DNA from: a candidate division WOR-3 bacterium
GTDB taxonomy: Bacteria > Hydrothermota > Tepidihabitantia > B3-TA06
Reading direction: 5' to 3'
Assembly: GCA_965649265.1 (NCBI GenBank)
Contig: CBFGKC010000015.1
Span: 1-64,000, forward strand
DNA length: 64,000 nucleotides
Shown here: piece by piece, positions 59,594 to 64,000 of the stretch
How the letters are laid out: every line of letters begins with the position of its first letter
Numbering within the stretch: the first letter of the stretch is position 1
Position numbers and translations under genes: made by a program
Notes under the pieces: model-generated
Database searches by the model: none
The model's input: the letters and a program-made list of their open reading frames with translations, nothing else
What the model was told of the DNA's origin: nothing

Positions 59594-60561
59594 AAAAGAT
59601 CCACATATTTCTGTTGTTCATCATCATCCAGCTTTTGTTGGTGACGGGCGCATTGCAGGCTCGCGAGCTTGATGATGCGAACGAATATTTCCTTACCGGT
59701 CAGTATCAGAAGGCCATACCCGCATATGAGGAAGCGCTTAAAACCGCATCTGAAAGGGGCGAGATTTACTACAATCTCGGAGTGTGCAACGAGAAGGTAG
59801 GAAATCTGGAACGCGCCCTTTACTACTACGAGCAGGCCGGCTCCATCAAAGACGCGTCCACGCAGGCGTCAAGACTTACGGAGGAGATTAAAAAGCGAAA
59901 GATTACGCGCCTCAAGAAGGAGGCGCAAACCGCGTATGAAGCCATGAATTACGGTGTTGCACGATCAAAGGCCGAGGAGATTCTAGTACTTGATCCTCAA
60001 AATACGTGGGCGCAAGGCCTTATGGAAACGATTGTGACGGACGTCCCGCGTGAAGACACACTTGTGCAATCTGGCGAGTCGACGGTCGCCGTCATCTCAA
60101 AGGACACCACTCAACTTACGGATACCCTTTCCCCCGGCAAGGCAAAGCCGGCAGGTTTTCCCTGGGTGGCAGGCGCAATAGTGCTTGCCGTTATCCTTGT
60201 TGCCGGTGCGTTCATTGTAGGCCGTGCCTCGAATAAAATCACCGTAGAGCGCGCAATCCTTAAGTTAATAAAATTTCTTCCAGCCGGGATGCTTTCCATA
60301 AGAACAAAAAGAAATCTGTCCCTGCTTTTCTTTGAAGAAGGAAAAGTAATAAAAACACTTGTCGAGACCGAGAATGGGCAAACCAATGAGGGTGAAAGAG
60401 CGGTGGAAAATCTTTTAAAGACAAAAGTACCGTACTCCGAAAAAGGTTCCGGGCCTTGGGACGATTTTGCCAATCTCGTAATAGAGCTTTACCGAAACGC
60501 CGAGGCAAAATCGGAGAGGGGAAACCACAAATCCTCCTCCCGTATCAAGCAAGAGCCATGA
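59590..60561 (+). CDS. Signal peptide + TPR + TM + cytoplasmic (PATAN-like) domain protein
   Basis: AIPAYEEAL, YYNLGVC TPRs; TM WVAGAIVLAVILVAGAFIV; GMLSI...LFFEEGKVI. Confidence 0.75.
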   Translation: MKKIHIFLLFIIIQLLLVTGALQARELDDANEYFLTGQYQKAIPAYEEALKTASERGEIYYNLGVCNEKVGNLERALYYYEQAGSIKDASTQASRLTEEIKKRKITRLKKEAQTAYEAMNYGVARSKAEEILVLDPQNTWAQGLMETIVTDVPREDTLVQSGESTVAVISKDTTQLTDTLSPGKAKPAGFPWVAGAIVLAVILVAGAFIVGRASNKITVERAILKLIKFLPAGMLSIRTKRNLSLLFFEEGKVIKTLVETENGQTNEGERAVENLLKTKVPYSEKGSGPWDDFANLVIELYRNAEAKSERGNHKSSSRIKQEP

Positions 60562-61379
60562 TCTACAAGAAGCTTCTTCTGGTTCACAGGGGCAGGCGGT
60601 CGCTCGAAAGGCTGGGCCGCACTCTTGAGAACGTCGGACATCAGGTCATGGTGGCCGAGGATGCTTCTCTTGCGATTCGCTTTCTCGGATCGGAAAGCGT
60701 TGAGATGATCATTGCCAGCGACGATCTCAGGGAGCCTGACGTTTTTGAATTTTGCAGGATCATCAGGGGAGAGGACTTTCCACTTCTGAACAAAACGCGC
60801 TTTGTAATAATTACCCAGAGGGAGATACCGCAGTCAAAACGCAAAGCCCTTGACGTAGGTGTGGACGAATATGTCAGCGAATCGTATACTCTTCCCGCAC
60901 TGGTCGACAGGATTAATTCATTGCTCTCCGAGGAATCAAGATACACGGCTCCGATCGATCTTTCAGGAGCAATATCGCAGTCCGGACTTGTCGACGTGCT
61001 GCAGCTAATCGAATTCAGTGCTAAGAGCGGGGTCTTGACCGTGACAAGCGGCACGAGAAGGGGGACGATGACTTTTTCATTCGGTCAGTTGATCAAGGCG
61101 CGAGTAGGCAACACTCACAACGAACCCGCGGTCTACGAAATGCTTTCCTGGAGGGAGGGGGAGTTCAGCTTCCAGGCTATTGACAAGATCGTCGACGAAC
61201 TCGAAGTTAATCCGCTTCCGCTGGCATCGGTTTCATCCCTGGTCCTTGAGTGGGCAAGATACAAAGATGAGGGTAAGGGAAAGCCTCGTGGGGTTCCCCA
61301 TGAATTCGCAGAAACCCAAGCTACACATAACTGGGCCTCAAACCTGAACGCCTGGCTTGGTTATTTGCGGGACAAGTAA
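60558..61379 (+). CDS. Atypical receiver + DUF4388 (PATAN) domain protein
   Basis: Receiver-like fold; LSGAI...LVDVLQL...KSGVL...LSWREGEFSF; ATGA overlap with the upstream gene. Confidence 0.8.
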   Translation: MIYKKLLLVHRGRRSLERLGRTLENVGHQVMVAEDASLAIRFLGSESVEMIIASDDLREPDVFEFCRIIRGEDFPLLNKTRFVIITQREIPQSKRKALDVGVDEYVSESYTLPALVDRINSLLSEESRYTAPIDLSGAISQSGLVDVLQLIEFSAKSGVLTVTSGTRRGTMTFSFGQLIKARVGNTHNEPAVYEMLSWREGEFSFQAIDKIVDELEVNPLPLASVSSLVLEWARYKDEGKGKPRGVPHEFAETQATHNWASNLNAWLGYLRDK

Positions 61380-61380
61380 C

Positions 61381-61470
61381 CAGCCCTCTTCAGCCCTCCT
61401 CAGCTTCCTTAGCTTCCCTTGACTCTCCTCGACCCTCCTCGATCCTCCTCACACTGCCTCGTACCCTTCT
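61381..61470. repeat. Degenerate ~10-bp pyrimidine-rich tandem repeats
   Basis: cagccctctt/cagccctcct/.../gaccctcctc/gatcctcctc; related units at 7327-7340 and 7389-7430. Confidence 0.6.
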
Positions 61471-61619
61471 CCCGCTAATAGCGATGTAATGTCTTTTCAT
61501 TTGAACGGGATTAGCTTTATTATCAAGGGTTTGAAATATACCCTCGCCGGATTTTAGCTCAGGCAGATGAACTTCTGATTCATGAACGCAGGGAGCACCA
61601 GGAAGGCTCAAAATATTTC

Positions 61620-62696
61620 TTAGGGAGCGGTGCACGCCCCGAACGTAAACGCGTAAATGCCGAAGCCGTCGGATGTCGAAGATAACTCAAGCGTATGCTC
61701 GCCGTGCTCGGCGTTGTCAACGATGCGGTACATGCGCGGCTCCTTGATCTCAAGATAACTCTTCCCGTCATCCGTGAACTTGAGGTCCTCACCCCTGTCC
61801 TTCTGCCTGACCCATTCCCCGTCCTGTTTTACATAGACCCTGTAACCCGCTTCCCCCTCGGGTTTGATGACAGCGTTTACCTCTATCGCGTGGTAGCGGA
61901 TGGCTATATAGTCTTCAGGCTCCTCAATCTCCCTTGCATGAACCATGGCTTCCGCCTCGCTTCGCCAAGTACCTCTTGCATAAACGTAGCCGTCGACCAG
62001 CGAGTCGGGTGCTTTGTAGTCCACCAACCTTCCCGGCTTGTAGCCCTCCTGGTTGCCCAGCCTGCCCCTTTCGTATCCAAGATAAAGCTCCGGAGTCGTC
62101 GGATAGCAAATACCCGCAACGGCGCCACCTTTATCAATCGAGCCGGTATCCTCCGCGATAGCTGGAAGCTCGATATCGGGAATTATCTGCTTTAAAAGCT
62201 CCTGGATCTTTTGTTCGGTTTCCTCATAACCACCCTCGCCTGCATGGTCGTAACGGATGACACCGTCCTTGTCCACAAGGTACTTTCGCGGCCAGTACAT
62301 GTTCGCGTATGATGTCCATATCTCGTAGTCGTTATCCATCACGACAGGGTATTTGATCCCGAATCTCCGCACCGCCTCCTCCACGTTGGCGCGTTCCCTG
62401 GCGAAGGCGAACTCTGGTGTATGGAACCCGATAATGACGAGTCCCTTGTCCTTATATTTTTCGTACCAGTCCTTGATATGCGGAAGTGTCCGAATGCAGT
62501 TCACACATGTGTAATCCCAAATATCAACAAGAACAATCTTGCCTTTAAGCTCCTTCATCGTAAGGGGAGCCGAGTTTATCCAGTATTTTTCATCCCTGAC
62601 TCGGATTTCAGGCGCTCTGATGCCGTTCATTTCGTCTCCTTTCGTACATGACGCGGCCAGAAGAACCGAAACCGCCGCAAAGAGGAATCTCCTCAT
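61620..62696 (-). CDS. DipZ C-terminal-like thioredoxin/redoxin lipoprotein
   Basis: AAS|C; WDYTCVNCIRTLPH, HTPEF, YWPR, GEGGY, TPELYLG, YAFTFG. Confidence 0.9.
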   Translation of the reverse strand: MRRFLFAAVSVLLAASCTKGDEMNGIRAPEIRVRDEKYWINSAPLTMKELKGKIVLVDIWDYTCVNCIRTLPHIKDWYEKYKDKGLVIIGFHTPEFAFARERANVEEAVRRFGIKYPVVMDNDYEIWTSYANMYWPRKYLVDKDGVIRYDHAGEGGYEETEQKIQELLKQIIPDIELPAIAEDTGSIDKGGAVAGICYPTTPELYLGYERGRLGNQEGYKPGRLVDYKAPDSLVDGYVYARGTWRSEAEAMVHAREIEEPEDYIAIRYHAIEVNAVIKPEGEAGYRVYVKQDGEWVRQKDRGEDLKFTDDGKSYLEIKEPRMYRIVDNAEHGEHTLELSSTSDGFGIYAFTFGACTAP

Positions 62697-63268
62697 TTGT
62701 CATTACCGGTCTCTCTGAATCTGTTCCGAAACACGAACTTATCCAAAGGAAAACGCTCAGGTCTCTTTACTTCCCTCTCCGCCTGATCCTTGGAAAGAAG
62801 CTCATTTATCACGGGCGATTTCTTTCCGACATTGACGAGAGTGATTACATCCCACTCGTCGGGGATACCCAGAATCTCCCTCGTTTTCCTTGGGCTGAAG
62901 CCGGCAATTGGGTGGGCGACAAGACCAAGCTCTGTGGCGCGCAGCATAAGGAGTCCTATGGCCATTCCGGTATCGAAAGCGTAGTAGAAATCCCTGTTGA
63001 CCATCACACAGTCGAGCTCTTTCTTGGATATGACCGCAATTATCATGGACGCGCGGTGTATCCATTCATTGCCCTTTGAGAGCGCATCGCGCATCTTTAG
63101 AAGACCCCCGGGTTCGTACACGAAAACGAAACGCCACGGCTGGTTGTTGTTGCACGATGGCGCAAGCTGCGCCGCTTTCGCGAGTTCGACAATCATCTCC
63201 TCGGTTATCTCTACCGGATCGAGGGAACGGTAGGCTCTTCTTTTTTCTATGGCTTCTTTCACGTCCAT
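62693..63268 (-). CDS. Nitroreductase family protein
   Basis: RRAYR, APSCNNNQPWRF, ATELGL. Confidence 0.92.
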   Translation of the reverse strand: MDVKEAIEKRRAYRSLDPVEITEEMIVELAKAAQLAPSCNNNQPWRFVFVYEPGGLLKMRDALSKGNEWIHRASMIIAVISKKELDCVMVNRDFYYAFDTGMAIGLLMLRATELGLVAHPIAGFSPRKTREILGIPDEWDVITLVNVGKKSPVINELLSKDQAEREVKRPERFPLDKFVFRNRFRETGNDK

Positions 63269-63288
63269 TTTCGATCCTCGCTTTTTTG

Positions 63289-63762
63289 CTATCGCGACGA
63301 CTGCAATTCCCGGAGCTTTGCCAGAACCTCCTCGGCGTGACCGTCTGCTTTTACCTTCGGCCAGTACCAGGCGATTGTGCCCTGAGGGTCAACCAGAACT
63401 GTCGAACGCTCTATTCCCATAAACACTTTTCCGTACATCTTCTTCTCGCCCCACGCGGAGTACCTTTCAAGTACCTTGTGTTCGGGATCGGAAAGAAGTC
63501 TGATCCCCAGGTCGAACTTGACCATGAAGCGCTCGTGGCTCTCGCAAGTATCGGCGCTTACACCCAGCACCTCGGCATTCATCTTCCGGAAATCCTTGAT
63601 GAGCGAGGTAAACTGTGTCGCTTCTGTCGTGCAGCCCGGTGTGTTGTCCTTCGGATAAAAATAAAGCACCACCCACTTGCCTTTCATGTCTGTAAGGCTT
63701 ACGTCTCTTTGGTCCGAGTCTTTCAGGGTAAACTCAGGTGCTCTGTTTCCAACCTTAATCAT
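63289..63762 (-). CDS. bcp: Peroxiredoxin BCP/PrxQ
   Basis: YFYPKDNTPGCTTEA, GVSAD, LLSDP, RST; start at the ATG with an AAGGAG RBS. Confidence 0.93.
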   Translation of the reverse strand: MIKVGNRAPEFTLKDSDQRDVSLTDMKGKWVVLYFYPKDNTPGCTTEATQFTSLIKDFRKMNAEVLGVSADTCESHERFMVKFDLGIRLLSDPEHKVLERYSAWGEKKMYGKVFMGIERSTVLVDPQGTIAWYWPKVKADGHAEEVLAKLRELQSSR

Positions 63763-63872
63763 GATTGTCTCCTTTGATTTCATACTTTCATTATAGGAAT
63801 TTGTGCTACGTGGTCAAGGTCCATTTTTGTTCAAGTGATAATAAAACGTAGGTTCAATGCTATCAAGAACAT

Positions 63873-63901
63873 AAAAAAAAGGCCGGTCTCAGACCGGCCT
63901 T
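63873..63901 (-). terminator. Intrinsic terminator
   Basis: A-run + GGCCGGTC-TCA-GACCGGCC. Confidence 0.8.
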
Positions 63902-63917
63902 CAGGCGCGTCTATGCT

Positions 63918-64000
63918 TTAATCCAGCTTAACCGCGCTGATCAGAATGCCATTAGGAACCTTAGAAACTATTCTTTCAAAGTTGAATCTCTTTCTTCTCA
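63918..64000 (-). CDS. Probable 3' end of a gene entering from beyond the window
   Basis: Open frame ...RFNFERIVSKVPNGILISAVKLD-stop directly before a terminator. Confidence 0.4.
   Translation of the reverse strand, partial: RRKRFNFERIVSKVPNGILISAVKLD

Overview
A bacterial chromosomal window with no rRNA, CRISPR array, prophage or intact transposase. It has a diderm envelope and many secreted proteins with T9SS/FlgD-like C-terminal domains (CTDs), consistent with an FCB-related candidate lineage such as WOR-3 (inference only). Housekeeping genes: a uridine-kinase-like protein, class II RNR nrdJ behind a DnaA-box cluster, fprA, der-plsY-gpsA-merR-cvpA, mutM, tRNA-Val, groES-groEL, a membrane pyrophosphatase and a bcp-nitroreductase-redoxin operon. 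Accessory features: (1) an array of six paralogous secreted proteins (28.8-45.2 kb) built from interchangeable head, stalk and shortened CTD modules, each with a predicted mature N-terminal Gln, plus a PorV-like/OmpA fusion nearby; (2) a DUF559 endonuclease and an AT-rich two-gene cargo bounded by duplicated inverted palindrome doublets; (3) a duplicated GyrI + Cys-rich DUF6144-like module with hydrolases, a methyltransferase and an MFS transporter; (4) a 37-aa ORF missing from the ORF track, with a sigma54 promoter, RBS and terminator; (5) at least four families of dispersed intergenic palindromes or short repeats; (6) a window-wide preference for a 16-bp rather than 17-bp spacer in sigma70-type promoters. 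All family assignments come from recognising motifs by eye; no searches were run.
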